Source: Gekko japonicus
Lineage: Eukaryota
Length of the DNA stretch: 64,000 bases
Assembly: GCF_001447785.1 (NCBI RefSeq)
Contig: NW_015176003.1
Span: 114,697-178,696 of the forward strand
Direction: 5' to 3'
Made by a program: the position numbers and the translations under genes. Shown piece after piece: positions 25,843 through 39,730 of the stretch. How positions within the stretch are numbered: the stretch's first letter is position 1; each line of letters begins with the position of its first letter. The notes under the pieces are model-generated. The model did not search any database and was not told where the DNA came from. It was given only the letters and a program-made list of their open reading frames with translations.

Positions 25843-26994
25843 ATCACCACATTAGGAAAAATTGTAAGTTTCATTATGACTCTATGCAATTGGGAACTGA
25901 GGTGAGAAGGTCAGCTGTTGTGCCGACCAAAGAAATACATTTTCATGATACATCTCCTTAGTTTTCTTGAACTGTCTTGTATTGCAGCAAATTGATCATC
26001 CCCCCCCCCCGGTTATTTTTAGATCAGATAACAGTAGCCAAGGACCCCCAACTATCTCAGCTACTAACAAACAAGAAAAAAGCACATTCAGTTCACAGCA
26101 TACAGAAGGAGTTATCAAATACACACTAGGGATGGAATCGCTCTAGTGCTGGGATCACAAACTGAGCTTCCCTGGAGAAGCAACAAGTAATCTATTTGAA
26201 ACACTATGCACCCTTTCTGGTGATAGCGCTCATGCCCAGGTAAGATGGCTGTGAGTCTGAATTTTTTGAGGTTTAATTTGTTGTTATATGTTGTGTGTTC
26301 TTATTTTCTACAATAAAACCTAGAAGACTATTGTAGATGCAAGATTACTCTCAAGAAAGTCCAATAAATTACCAAGCAGAGATTTTAGTTTTCCATATTT
26401 CTTTTTATTAAAGTAAATCTGCAATCCTATACAGACTTATTTGGCAGTAAGATCCATTAATCTCAATGTGACTGATTTCTGAGCAAACTTGTATGGTAAT
26501 GTATCATGGATAGCCATAGTATAATGCCTTAGAGCAGCCATGATATCTTGGCCACTCCGTTTATTGGGCCTTAAAAAGCATCCATTGAACTTGACAGGCT
26601 TGCTCAGCATTCATGAAAGCACAGACTGGAGTTCTGGAGGTCATGCCATCTCTGTGAGAAGTTAATCTTACCTGCTGGAATTATTTGTGCCAATGGAGTC
26701 ATTATATTGTAGCTAGTTGCTCTGAGAAGTTTTGTGGAGAGGTTCATGAACTTTCAGCTTTAAAAAAAGGAGGAAGAATTAACTGAAGGTGGAGAATGGG
26801 AAAAAAAATTTCCATTATGAGACTGCTATACTTTATATCCATGCCTGTTCCTTAACCTGCTATATATTCTTTTATATGATTATATATAAACCATAAAAAG
26901 GATGCAGTGCTTTGGATCCTCATTATTATTCTGAAGAAGAGTCTGTTAATCTTTTCCATTGGACTAAGGTTGGCAAGCAAGGGTAAATGGATAG

Positions 26995-29190
26995 GGTTTT
27001 TAACTAACAATAACTTACAAACATTAGAGTATACAATATCAAACAGTGCAGTTTCAAAAACAATTTAAAGTGCTTAATAATATTGCCATACCTTGTAGAC
27101 AAAAGCAGTTTAGAGCAAATGAGCCCAAATTAAACAAGCAATACAAATCATAGTAAAAAGAAGTTTGTTAGTAAGAAAAAACTCGATCAGATCTTTTTGA
27201 GTCCGAAATTCAGTCATCAGAGGTGAATATTTAAAAAAAAGCTAGGAGGAGTATGTGGAGGGGAGGAGTTTGTTTTCTGCCATATATTGCAATCATAGAA
27301 TGTTAGAGTTAGAAGGCACCTTGCAGGTCATCTAGTCCAACCCCCTACACTCTGCAGGAGCATAGCCGAAAGATAGCCCTGCAATATATCTGAAAGATGG
27401 TCATCCAGCCTCCGCTTGAAAACGTCCAGCGAAGGAGCATCCACCACCTCCCAAGGTGGTCTGTTCCACTGCTCAACCACTCTTACAGTTAGGAAGTTTC
27501 TCCTGATATTTAGCCGGTAATGACTCCCTTGTAATTTCCACCCATTAGATCATTGAAGCCAGGTAGGTACAAATTTGGAGTAAGTAGTTGTGGTACCAGA
27601 TTGCTGTTGATTCAGAGAGTCAGTTAACTTACACATAATAAATTGGTCCCATACTTTGTCTCTCCAGACTCCCAATGTTGGAGGAGAAGGAGATTTTCAG
27701 GTTGCAGCTAATGACAAGCAGGCCGCAGCCAGCAAAAATAAGGTAAATTCTGTAAGTTTGTCTTTTTCAGCAGATGGATCTTGTAGTTGTAGTAATAAAA
27801 CTTCCAACCTGAGCGGAATCGATTGCAAAGTGATCGTGTTGATTTCTGAAAGCATGTTGTGCCAGAATTTTTGAACCAGAGGACACTCCCACCAGCAGTG
27901 GAGAAAGCTTTCTATGACCCCACATTTTTTCCAGCACAAAGGGGCGTGTCTGGTGTTAATGTGATGTAACTGTTCTGGGGTATAATACCAGCATGTAAGG
28001 CGCTTGAAGAATTGGAAACATATATGAAATACCCTTGAGACTTTCCTAGAGGAATTCCAAATTGATAGGCAATGTGAGTTAGTTAGATCATTTTGGAGAT
28101 CACGTTGCCAAGCTTTCTGGTAACTGGAGACAAAGGCACTGTCATGTTCTATAAGAATTCTATAAGTTTTGGATAGTATCCCCTTTGAAGAGTCCGGGTA
28201 ATGCTCCAGTAGTTGTTTAAAAATTCATTTGAGGTCTTTTGAAAGTGTCCGAGGAAGTCAGAGATTCAGTCAGGCTTTTTAACTGGTAATATTGAAGCCA
28301 GGAGATTCCGCTGCCTATGCAGAATTCAAAATGAGCCTTACTATAGATCTTACCTTGTGATACAAGATCCTGAACTTGCACAAGGCCAGCTTCTGTCCAG
28401 TCTTTGAATGTGTCATTATCCAATCCTAGAGGAAACCATAGTTGACGTGTGAAGTTCGAAAGCAGAGAAATTGTGGGGGCAAGAAACGTCCTTCTGAGGT
28501 CCAAAATTTTCAGAGTAGTGGCAAGAAATTGATTGCCAAGAAGTTGTCTAGGACGGTGTGATGTTTGTAGCCAGAAGATTTCCTGTAATCTGAATGGTAA
28601 AACATAAGATTATTAATAAATAAGTGTGGTTGAAGGGGTAAAAGTTTCATATGTGAGAATGTGTGCAGTTGGCAGCACAGAATAATATGGAAGATTGAAT
28701 CTGGGGCCTTGCTGGAACATTTGCAGAGTCTTTCGGGGGGGGGGGATGTTGTTAAATGGACCCTACAACATATTTGAGGGAAAGACGTTTAGCCAAGCCA
28801 AAGTAAAGGCCCTACAATGGGAAGAAAGGCTGAGATTATGTAAGTAATGGACCATTTGGACATGTTGGGTTGAGAGGTTAAGATGAACTTGTGAATAAAT
28901 ATGCAGATGTGAAGGACAAAAATTATGTAATTCTAGATTGAATAGTCTTTGTCTAATAGATTAAAAAATCGAGGTTTCGTCCATTTGGAGAAAATAATCA
29001 GTTGAAAAGCATATTTTATTAATTTTTCCTTCTATTTTTGAAAAACAAATGGGACTGTGTGTATCATTTTTAAGTGTGAAATTAGAGAGTTTGGAGAGGC
29101 TCTAAAATGAATTTTGAGCCAGCATTTAAAGGTTAGTAGACAACCTTTTGTTTGAATAAGATGCTGGCCCAATTCTAGGCTTTTCCAGTT
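26995..29190 (-). mobile_element. Decayed L1 ORF2 3' portion
   Basis: 'CWKKCGVIESFLHCWWECP' 27697-27939 and 'QLWFP...FKDW' 28217-28504. Boundaries approximate. Confidence 0.8.
27292..27553 (-). mobile_element. CR1 3' fragment nested in L1
   Basis: Near-identical to 10426-10692. Confidence 0.9.
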
Positions 29191-29652
29191 ATCGCATTAG
29201 CAGCCTTGCCAACACAAGGGGCTGCATTTGCCCCAACTACTCAAATTATTGGTGGCCCACCACAAGGACCATCTCCAGCCCAATTTCAGCAGCAGCAGCA
29301 GGGCTCCCAAAAGCAGGGGGGAAGCCTCACCAGACCAGGTCTAATTCATATCCCCAACATCCTCAACAGTATCCCCAGCTCATTATTTGTTTCACCTGTG
29401 GGTTGGTCAGACATATTACAAAAAACTGTCCGACCCAAGCACAGCAGGGATGAGAAAACCCCAGGCCTTTTCAACAGCCGGGAAATTTCCCCAACCCTCA
29501 GCAAAATATTCAATACCACCCTCAGGCACCACAGCCACAGCCCATACAACAGCAGCAGCTTCCTCAACAAAAAAGTTACATGGAGGATAGGTCTATCAGT
29601 AGCTACTAACCATGGTGACTGAGGGGAACCTCCATATTCAGAGGCACTAACC

Positions 29653-30436
29653 TAGGGATGGACACGAACTGAACCACAAATCAAAATTAATCACCAGTGC
29701 ATCGTGATGAATGTTTTGCCCTGTTTGTGGTTTAGGAACAGTAGTTCATGATGGGTCTACTGTCACATACTTCCATGAACATTTAGAGCAGTTTATGCAA
29801 CTCGTGGTTATTAATGGAAGGAGCAGAAAGCAGGGGTTTAAAGGGACTCCAGTTTCATTAAACCCCTGCTTTCTATCCCCTATGAAAGCTGTAAAAACAG
29901 CTGAGCAGCAAGGGGGGTGCTCCCTGTCACTCAGCTGTTTCAGGCTGTCTTCTGCAGTCTCTTCAAACTTTAAAGGGACTGTACAAGACAGTCCTCAAAA
30001 CAGCTCCATGGTGGGGAAGTGCTCCCCCACGCAGCAGTTTTGGGCTGTCTTGTGTAATCCCTTTAAACTTTAAAGGGACTGCAGAAGACAGCCCAAAACA
30101 GCTGTGTGGTGGGCAGCGCCTGCCCCATTCAACTGTTCTTTGCTCTGTTTTCAGTCCCTTTAAAGTTTAAATTAAACATTAAAGGGACTGCACAAGACAG
30201 CCTGAAATAGCTGAGTGGCAGGGATCAAGCTTCTCCACGCCGCTCAGCTGTTTCTTGGGCTTTCTGCAAACTCTGTTTAAAAGGACTGTGGTCCCTTTCA
30301 ACAGGGTTTGCAGGGCCACACACCACTAACCTGTTCAATCTGTGAACAAGCCTCCCAGTTCAGTCTGTGTTTTAGTTTGTGTTTCAGCCATGAATCATGA
30401 ACTGAACTGCATTTTCCTGGTTCGTGGCCATCGCTG
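29653..30436. mobile_element. Non-autonomous hAT element inserted in a CR1-type 3' fragment (about 29594-30595)
   Basis: TIRs tagggatggacacgaac / gttcgtggccatcgctg; 8-bp TSD cactaacc/cactaaac; internal repeated tttaaagggactg units. Confidence 0.75.
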
Positions 30437-31877
30437 CACTAAACCTTTGAATCCCAGATCCAGGAGGCAACATCAGGGGAAGGTCTCAGCCTCTGTGCCC
30501 TGTTGTTGGCCTTCCACGATAACTGGTTGGCAACTATGTGAGACAGGATGCTGGACTAAAGGGACCACTGGTCTGATCCCACAGGTGTCTTCTCGTGTAT
30601 AACAGGGCCCTGTCATTATTCTACTATACAGTGGTAAGAAATGGAAGACAGTGAAATGTTTTTGTGATTGTTGCACATTGAATATTATAAAATTATATTT
30701 TATTACCAAATAAATATTATCAGCTCAGTGCTACTGTTACAAAGCTTCTTAATAATGAATCATACACTTTCTTCATACGTTTTCTTAGTCAGGTGGAAAT
30801 TAATGATGTAATGCTTAATCAGTTTAGCACCCATCTTTACCGTGGCTAGCTTTTGAAGTTAAAATGCTTTTACAGTGTCCTATGAATTAATAAGCCATTT
30901 AAAGGTGCCCTGTCATATGCCAATGATATATCCTTTTTTGTTTTGTGAATTTGTTTTGAAGTGGGTTAGAAAAGAAAAGGAGAAGCATTTCCTTCTAGTG
31001 AAATGTTTTCTCTCCCACCTTATGGCTCCTGTGCCAGAAGATGCATTAGACAAGCTTTGGAGGACTCAATTTAAAGGACATGCAACGGGCAAGTTTCCAG
31101 ATCCCAGAATGATGGCTGGTTTGTTGTTGCTCCCATAATGTGAGTTTTCAAACAACATTAAGCTTTCCATGCAACCACAACTACTGTAATGAATAAAGAT
31201 TAGATGTGTGTAGCATATTTGTGCTGAGCCTCATTTCCCCACATTCCCTACAAGGGAATTTTAAAAGCATTTTAAGTGTTTGACTCATGAAATTGCCTTT
31301 CCTTGGAGACTTTTGAGTTTTTTAAAGAAATTTCAGTTTTAGGCTGGTTTTAGAGGGTCAGTCAACTGGTTGAGTCTTTTAACATGTTTATTAATGCTGT
31401 CATCTATTTAAGCAAATGTTATTATTTTCTTGTTTTTCTTGTTACTTTTGTTGAACCTTTAAGGTAAGCAATCAAATAAATTAAAGCATATTCTTGAATT
31501 AAATAGTTGTAATAACTTCCATAGCAATCAGCTAGTGACATTTATGAATTTGGTAATTCCATAGGAATTCATAATGCTTACCTTCAATGTAAGGCAAATA
31601 TTACTGCCTTGAAAGTTCTTCTGCAACTCACATTTTTATCTGAGCTGGAGAATAACTCCTGCCTCCTTTTCCTAACCATCTATCCACTTACCTGGTTACT
31701 TTTCCAGAACTAGCAGATAGAGGGACTGAGGAAATGAGTTATGGATCTCTCACTGCATCTTTTCCCCTTCCTTCCTCTCTTGTATAGAATGAATGATGCT
31801 AAAGCTGTGCACCAAGATCCCAGAGTCTTCTTACATTATCTAGCTCTTATTCTAAAGAAATCAGGCATCCTGGGAGA

Positions 31878-31878
31878 G

Positions 31879-31931
<53 letters not shown>

Positions 31932-31964
31932 ATCTATCTATCTATCATCTATCATCTATCTATC
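31878..31964 (+). repeat. (ATCT)n microsatellite
   Basis: Directly visible tandem tetramer. Confidence 0.98.
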
Positions 31965-32084
31965 TTGGTATATTGATCTTTTGTATCCTGCTTTCTGCTT
32001 TTGTAGGGAGCAGAATGAAACATTGGAACTTACTTGAAGGTTTCTTCTCTTCAGTGGGTTGAAGTCATCTAAACTAGTTAGATT

Positions 32085-32533
32085 AGAAGAGGAAGAAGAG
32101 ATTGGATTTATACCCCACCCTTCACTACCCAAAGAAGTCTCAGAGCAGTGTACAATTTCCTTCCCACAGCAGACAACCTGTGAGGTAAGTGGGACTGAGA
32201 GAGCTCGGAGAGAGCCATGACCAGTGCTCCCTGTAAACCAAGTTAGTGTGAATTAGCTCACAGTTTTTTAGCCTCCAGTGCACACATTTTTGTCTTCACT
32301 CAGGAAGGATGGCTCCAGAGCAAACTAATTTATGCAGCAGCCCAATTGCTCACTCACAACTTTAAAGCCAGTAGCTCACAAAGTAGAATTTTTGCTCACA
32401 AGACTCCATGGCTTAGAGGGAGCATTGCCCATGACTGACCCAAGGTCACACCAGCAGCTGCATGTGGAGGAGTGGGTAATCAAACCCAGTTTCCCCAGAT
32501 TAGAGTCATTGCTCCTAACCTACACCAAACTGG
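32085..32533 (-). mobile_element. Squam3-like SINE
   Basis: tRNA-like head 'ccagtttggtgtaggttagg', L2-derived tail and (ctt)n end. Confidence 0.75.
32222..32427. mobile_element. hAT MITE nested in the SINE
   Basis: TIRs cagtgctccct / agggagcattg; TSD gccatgac/cccatgac; second copy at 50447. Confidence 0.88.
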
Positions 32534-32599
32534 GTATGCCTCCTCTCGCTCCAGGCAGGGCAATGCAAATTTGTGTAGACTGTACTGGCTCAGAATGAG

Positions 32600-33916
32600 A
32601 ATATGCTTTTAAAAACAGCAATTAAAACTTGGGATCTTCAAAAAAAGCTTCTCCCTTCTGGGATCTCACAACTGTCGATCCCCTGGTATGACCCCCAATG
32701 CATTTCATTTATGGACAGATGCAAATCTCAGTTGACCATTTGATTTAGTACAGCAAGGGAAAATCAAGGATAAACATTACTTCGACCAGCACATAGGCGT
32801 ACAAACTCATTGGTTCCAATACCTCCAACTGAAAGATCTAATGGAACATCTAGCGAGCCTTGGGACATTCCAGAGAGACCTAAGACCTCTAGAAAAGATC
32901 ATTAAGGGTTACCCATCATCACCAAAAGGAACACTGTCCAAAATTTATACAGTTATATTACTGGCAGAAAACCGAATGAAGTCAAACCACCAACTCCGGT
33001 GGGAAGAAGATCTAAACCAGCAGTGGGGTGACACTGCCTGGGAAATAATCTGGGCCTCTCCAGTAAATAATTCTACAATATTCAAACTGCGATTACAGAA
33101 CTTTAAATTGCTCACAAAATGGTACATGCCTCCCACACAACTGAACAAAATCAACAGCAGTAATGACCCTGCATGTTGGAAGAAATGCGGGCAGGCTGGG
33201 TCATACCTCCACTGTTGGTGGAGTTGCCTGGAGATACATAATTTCTGGAACGAGGTACAGCTTTGTGTTAGAGATTACGTTGCAAAGAATCTCCTGTACA
33301 CCAGAAATCATGTTGTTAAACAAATGGGATGACTCCATCAAGGTCGAAGTGAGGGTCCTTACGTCAGTATTGTTTGCAACAGCCAGGTTAACAATAGCCG
33401 CCTTTTGGAAATCTCCCACCCACCCAACACTTACGGTATGGCATGACAAGCTCTGGGAACAGTTTGTCATGACTAAAATAGCAGATTTAAGCCGAGAGTC
33501 TCATCCGCCAAATACCACACCACACGTGAAGTTCACAAGGCTATGGGCACCAGTTATAAAATATATAACAAAGCACGAAATACTTCCCTCAAATCCCAAT
33601 TATCACAGGTGGTTGTTCCTGTAAATGGCCACAAACCCCAATCCTCCAGTTAGCATAACATAAACGTTCGGTCTCTATCACACTAGCCCTAAACACGGTG
33701 CACTGAGGCTCATGTGGTCCACCAAAGTAACCACAGAGTAATGAATAAACACAGTAAATATAGTTAATAGCCGGGATTGTCTTGTTATTTTTATAAAGTG
33801 TACTCTCCCAATGGTTCTAATTCTTATCTTGTTGTAATCTATATCTCCCTATTTTTCCTGGTTATGTTTACTGTGTTTTGTGCATTGTAAAAAGGTATTA
33901 AAATAAAATAAAAAAA
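32600..33916 (+). mobile_element. L1 3' fragment with 3' UTR and A-rich tail
   Basis: ORFs 32841-33624 'CWKKCGQAGSYLHCWWSC'; aataaa and polyA near 33900. Confidence 0.9.
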
Positions 33917-34559
33917 GAATGTCCAATGTTATGTTAATATATGTACTGTAACTAATATGAATACGGAAGAAGAATGTAGGAAACTAAAAGGAATCAAATG
34001 TAACGAGTGGCACAAGATAATATGAGTCAGAAGAGGAAGTAATCCTTGTTTAGCAATTAGGTATAATAGGAGATAGTGGAAGAGCCGGAGAACACTTTCT
34101 ATTAATAAAGGGGGTGAATAATGTAATATACTGTTGGAAAATTAATATTTTATATTTTTGTTCACTATAAACATTAATAAACTGTGAATTAAAAAAAATA
34201 AGTCCCAATGTTTTATTTTCCTTCAGTGGGGAAAGTCATCCAAACTGGTTATATGCCCAAGCTGCAACCTGAGTGGGATCCTCAGTTTTATATTTATTCT
34301 GTTCCACCACTACATTGCACATCTTTGTAGCTGAAGAAGCTTCCACAGATTTTAACTAGTCCCACCTACAGTGTCACACACAGATATAAGAGGTGGACCA
34401 GGTACAGCTCTGTAGATTTCTTCCACCAGAACCCCACTGGAAAAGGTTGCTGATGTTGCTGCAGATCTGGTGGAGTGGGCTGTAACATCCTCAGAACTGT
34501 CAGGCCTCAGATGATCAGCGTGGTCGGAGGAAGGTGCACATCAGACCACTGGGTCAACT

Positions 34560-34785
34560 GCAAGTGCATGCATCCTCGCCCTCTGCCCTGGGATCATAGA
34601 AACTTGTTAGAAACCTCATAGCTTTATCGTTGCTTAATGTTGTAAAATATCCAAGATAGGAATCCCAAAACAAAGTGTGGTTTTGCTGGAAGATCTTTTT
34701 GCTTATATTCCATTCTCCTGGATCTAAATCCTTCCTGCTCAGCCAGTTGGCTTGGAAGTTTCTAAGACTGTATAGGTGTTCCACT
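34560..34785 (-). mobile_element. DIRS1-like tyrosine-recombinase retrotransposon fragment
   Basis: 'EHLYSLRNFQANWLSRKDLDPGEW...AEGEDA' matches the DIRS RNase H / methyltransferase-like junction. Confidence 0.7.
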
Positions 34786-35235
34786 TTTTGTTGCTGTTGT
34801 TCAGTTGCACAGTGAAGTCCAGTTCTTTGCAACCTCATGGACCAGATCATGCTAGGCCCTCCTGTCTTCCACCATCCTCTGAAGTTTGCTTAATTTCATG
34901 TTCGTTGCATCTATGACACTGTCTAACCATCTCATCCTTTGCCATCCCCTTCTTCTTTGACCTTCAATCTTTCCCAGCATTAGGGTCTTCTCATTTGGTG
35001 GCCAAAGTATTTGAGCTTCAGCTTCAGTATCTGGCCTTCCATGGAACAGTCAGGGTTGATTTCTTTAAGGATTGACTGATTTGATCTCCTTGCAGTCCAA
35101 GGGACTCTCAAGAGTCTTCTCCAGCACAACAATTAGGAAGCATCTATTCTTCGGCAGTTGGCCTTCCTTATGGTCCAACTCTTGCAGCCATACATTACTA
35201 CTGGGAATACCATTGCTTTGACCATATGGACTTTT
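34786..35235 (-). mobile_element. BovB 3' fragment
   Basis: Homologous to 55214-55550 and retains the segment deleted there. Confidence 0.92.
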
Positions 35236-37039
35236 TTCAGCAGCTTTTGTGAACTTGAGCCCACTTCTTCTTTAAGGTATTATAAAGAGTGTGGCAGAAT
35301 GGGCCTGCTCATGCCTACAGACCCTATTCCACCCTGCACGCGACCTGCATGCGGAAGTGAGAAACTCTCATCTCAGGCTCTGGACACAGCGAAGCAGGCG
35401 ACAGGCCTACCCAGACCTGGCCAGCCTCGTGGTGGCTTGGCACCTTTGGCGATGCACGACAGGCAGAAGCCTGGAGAAAGGCTCTTCACCCTCTGGCCAC
35501 TGGAGCGTCTGTCCCGCTGGCTGCTCAGAGCACACTGAGGCTGAGATGACAGTAGTGCCCCCATGGGCAGGACGGAGGCAAGGGAGCCAACCAATGCAGC
35601 CAGGGGATCCTTCAGAGTGGCAGGGGGGGGAGTCAAAGGCTTCAGGAGCGTGTGCAGGGGTCACACAAAAACTCTTTTATATATAAGGAGAGATTTCCCA
35701 CTGGAAGGGTCAGGACTTCCAGCTTCCCTTCCAGGTAGGAGGTGTTGCCTCTGTGTCACACACTGCCCAGTGCCTGGTCACCAGAAGGACAGGGTACTGC
35801 CTTGTGTGCCCTTGGAGGAATAGCCAAACTGCCTACCTTCCCCCAGTGCTCCATTTAAAACAGCACTAGATTGAGCAAGGGATTCCAAAAGAAATAGGCA
35901 AAACACAGTTCCTCTCTCTATACATGCCATATGAGATATTAAAATATAGGACAGACCCCTTTCGTTTAGGAAGTTATAAATCTTTACCAAGTTACCATTA
36001 CCTTGAAGCTCCCTTCAGCTCTCCAGGACAGCATATGGTTAAAATGACTGCCTTCTGCAATTGAAAGTCCCATGTGCTCTCATGGATGGAGCACCCAAAG
36101 AAAAGAGAACTTCCTCCTGGCTTACAGGAGTTTTATATTTTTTCCTTTCCCCACCCCCCTGACCCAGGTCAGGCCAGGTCAGACAGGCATTTCCTGAAAA
36201 TTCTAGATATTTACATCCTAGTGTCCCTCTAGCATTTAATTTCTCCAAATCTCTGTTCCCTGCTTGGGGAAGGGTGAGAGCTTTACCTACCCATTCTCTC
36301 TCCTGCTAGATCTATTTGCATTTGTATGAAGGTAAGTCTGGAGAGCAATTGCACTGACTTCCTTCTTCCCAGCCTGTTCTCTGCCCAGAGTGGGGGGGGG
36401 ATCTCTTAAAGCGTGAAGTGGAGGTTTTCTCCTTTCAAACCTCCCAGGAAAAAAATACATTTCTTCACACCGGGTATATGATATACCCATCATATCCCTA
36501 GGATATATACAATGCAAGCAAACCAATAAATTGTGAACATGCATCTGCAGAGACTACCCAGCCAGACACCTCCTTGAATGCTGCCACAGCACAGCTACAA
36601 AATTACTCAAAGTGTGATCATTTTGAGTTGTAAACAAATTACTGAAAACATCACAGGGGGCTTGTCAAGACAAAGCAAGCATTACAAACAAGGTACATTT
36701 GAATGTTCATCCCGTTTTATGGAAGGTTTGCAGCCTTCTGCCTGTCAATACGAATCACAGAATCAACTCTTAAAGCAGTTGAAGATGTCACAGTAAGATG
36801 TCAGTCTGATTGCTCCTCTGTTTCCTGCATTGCCCACTCTCACTGTTGTTAAAAAAAAAATGGAAGGACACAAGGAGTTTACTGATTGAAATTGTTGTAT
36901 AAGCTCCAGAACCAGGGTAAAGGTTATTTAGAACATCTTGCGGATTAATTTTTATTTTAATGATATTTTATTTTTGCTGTCTTAGAGCAGAAGGGGCATT
37001 CACAGCCTTAGTAGCTGTCAATTTGTTGAGGATGGTTGG

Positions 37040-37920
37040 ATTTTGGTGGTAGAAGTGTTTGGAAGTCTGCTTTTTATGCAGGGAGTCCATTAAGGGCGTT
37101 ACATATTTTGAAGATAGGCAGAGTTTGGGTCCTGTTTTTCAGTTCCCGGGCTGCCAGCCCCACCTGACAGCTGTGCTGGCCGGGAACTGCCTTTGCTGCC
37201 CTGGAGGAGGAGTCAGCGTCCAGCACTCCTTCATCCTGGTGCTGGGGAGGGGCGGGGCCGGAGTTCTTTTGAGCCGGCCCTTCACTTCCCTCCCTCATTC
37301 TGTGCCTTTTCTCTCGGCCCACCCTCCCACCTAGTGAGCGGTATAGGCTTTGCTGGTTGCCCGTTTCCTGGGGGCCAGGTAGGAATTTTTCACCCCTTCC
37401 CAGATTGGACCAGGGAGGGGGTATTTTTGCCTACCTTATACCGAAGCTGTGGTGTTGGACAATTGGCTCAGGTGTGGTTGGGAATAAATAGGTTGGTCCC
37501 TTTAGGGCAGGAGTTTAGTTCATACAGATTGCGGTACAGGTGACCATCAGCTTATTACCCCCATTTTGGGGATTAGGGGTCTTGCCAGTACAGCCTTTGG
37601 GCCCTGTGGCCCAGGGCGGGGAAAGCAGACTGCCTTTGGGATTGCCTGGGACTGCCTGCCCCTTTGAGCCCGGCGGCTCGGGGGGTTGGGAGTGCTTGGC
37701 AGTTCCACTTGCCAAGCCATACCTTGGCTAATGTCTGGGGCTGGGTGGCTCGCCCTTGTAAATGGTGAAGGAGGGGTCCTTGGGACCTCTGGCTTTGCCA
37801 GACCGCAATCTGAACTCCCCTTGCTGTATTGCTGTTTGTGTTGCTATTAATGTTAATAAAGTGGCCCAGTTGATACCCAATGAAAATGTTGTCTGTCTCT
37901 TCTTCTGGATTGGGTGGCAA
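37040..37920 (+). mobile_element. GC-rich non-coding terminal repeat, Ngaro/DIRS-like
   Basis: Sharp GC-rich block ending 'aataaagtggcc...gtctgtctcttc...ggattgggtggcaa'; family assigned from recollection only. Confidence 0.4.
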
Positions 37921-38138
37921 AGGGCTGTCAGCTCCAAGTTGGGAAATACCTGGAGATTTTTGGGATGAAACCTGAGGAGGGCAGGGTTTGGGGAGGGAAG
38001 GGACTTCAATGGGGCATAATACCATAAAGTCCACTTTCCATAGTGGCCATTTTTTCCAGGTGAACTGATCTCTATCACCTAGTGATCACTTGTAATCCCA
38101 GGAGATCTCCAGCCACCACTTGGAGGTTGACAACCCTA
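37921..38138. mobile_element. hAT-like MITE (TAGGGTTGCC family)
   Basis: Homologous to 19227-19436; ends tgacaacccta. Confidence 0.8.
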
Positions 38139-39180
38139 GTCATATTCTTGTCAAAAACCATTTAAAGGGCTAATGGTTTTTTTTTAAAGAATTTAGGTGC
38201 TGTTCATGTCAAAGACGGTGTAAAGTTAAAAGCCTTTCCATTCATTGTTATGTCTGAATCAGATGAGAAACCTGCTTTGTAACTGTTACTCTTTCTCAGG
38301 CCCCCAGCTCTCAAGTAACTTAGGGCGATTCTATATTGGCTCTTCCCTCCATTGTTTTAGCAAACCCACCTTGGAACAGAAATTCCTCTCTGCATTGCAT
38401 GCTGCTTTCACTTCCTTTGATAATTGAATTTTATGGTACCCTCTGCATTGCATGCCACTTTGACTTTCTTCAATCATTGGGTTTTATGGTACCTTCTGCA
38501 TAGATTTATAGCCATTTTATGGCCATTCAGGGGTGACTTTGCAGTCAGTATGGCATTGGTCCAGGGTATTTGAATGTGGTTTTTTGTTGCACCTTTTCCT
38601 CAGTGTTGACAAAATGTGGATCAAATGCCAGATGCAGAACTAGCCAATGTTACTGTAATAGCGAAAGGGCTGGAAAAAAGAAAAAGCAATGAAAAAACAC
38701 CAGTCCACACATATGACTGAATAAACCTGTTTCTTAGTTGTTTTCATTAGGTTTACTGTGTGGTTCCTTCAAGCCTAAAATCCCCTCACAATAGGCCATT
38801 TAAATGCCCTGTGGTGGTGACCTGAGTCCAAGCATTGCTGAGGACTAGAAGACTAAGAAGTCTGAAAAGCCACAACTATAAAAATAAAAGTATAGGAAGA
38901 AAAAAACAAAAGTAAAATAAGTTTGCAGGGTGTGAAAATCAAGTCCCTTGTTTCTAGGTCTGATGATGGAGTATCATGTTTGTTTCAATTAAGGGGCCAA
39001 GCAGGAGTTTTTTTAGATCCCCTATATTGGCTGGTAGGGAGAACATTCTCCCCACTTCATGATGTCACTAAAGGGGGAGGGGTTCTAAAAACTAATTAGG
39101 TCCTCGACTAGTTAGGCTATGACTAGTTTGCAAGAATTTGTTGGGTTGCTCCTAATAGGTAGGGATAATTGGCAAGCACC

Positions 39181-39469
39181 CTGACTGATTTCACACAAGA
39201 GCTGTGCTGCAGTCGCGCCTCCCTTTGCCCCACTTCAAATGGTCAATTTCCCACTCGAAGCCACGCGACCGCATTTTGACCCATGTCTTCACCCAATTTT
39301 CCCCACGGTTTCGTGATCCTCAAAAAACAGAATCATGAAACCGCGGGGAAAATTGGGCAAAGCCGCAGGTCAAAATGCAGTCGCGCGGCTTTGAGTGGGA
39401 AAATTGACCAATAGAAGCGGGGCAGAGGGAGGCGTGACTGCAGCGCAGCTCTTGTGTGAAATCGGTCCC
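39181..39469. mobile_element. Fold-back Harbinger-type MITE
   Basis: Arms of about 140 bp are reverse complements around a short 'tcaaaaaaca' loop. Confidence 0.85.
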
Positions 39470-39602
39470 TGAGTCATCTGCTGTAATGGAAAGTCATGTC
39501 CTGAACAGCTCATCATATGCATTATGGCTGGGTGGGTTAGGATGGAGGATCCTTGATGCTGAGCAGCATTGTTCAAACCTCATAGTAGCCTTATGTTGCA
39601 TC

Positions 39603-39730
39603 CAGGGGTCGTTTCATAGAAAAAGAGCTAGGGGAACTCATTAGCATAACTCATTAGCATATGCCACACCCCCTGATATCACCGGAAGTGTGTCATAAGG
39701 CCACACCCCCTGACATCACCGGAAGTGTTG
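39603..39730. mobile_element. End of a non-autonomous DNA element
   Basis: 'caggggtcgtttcatagaaaaagag...ctcattagcata...ccggaag'; reverse-complement copy at 45600-45698. Confidence 0.6.

Noticed and set aside
29206-29622. 138-aa Gln/Pro-rich ORF
   Set aside because: Low complexity, no recognisable domain or splice context; lies between repeats.
35290-35830. GC-rich block resembling a solo LTR
   Set aside because: No convincing TSD or family motif, so left unclassified.
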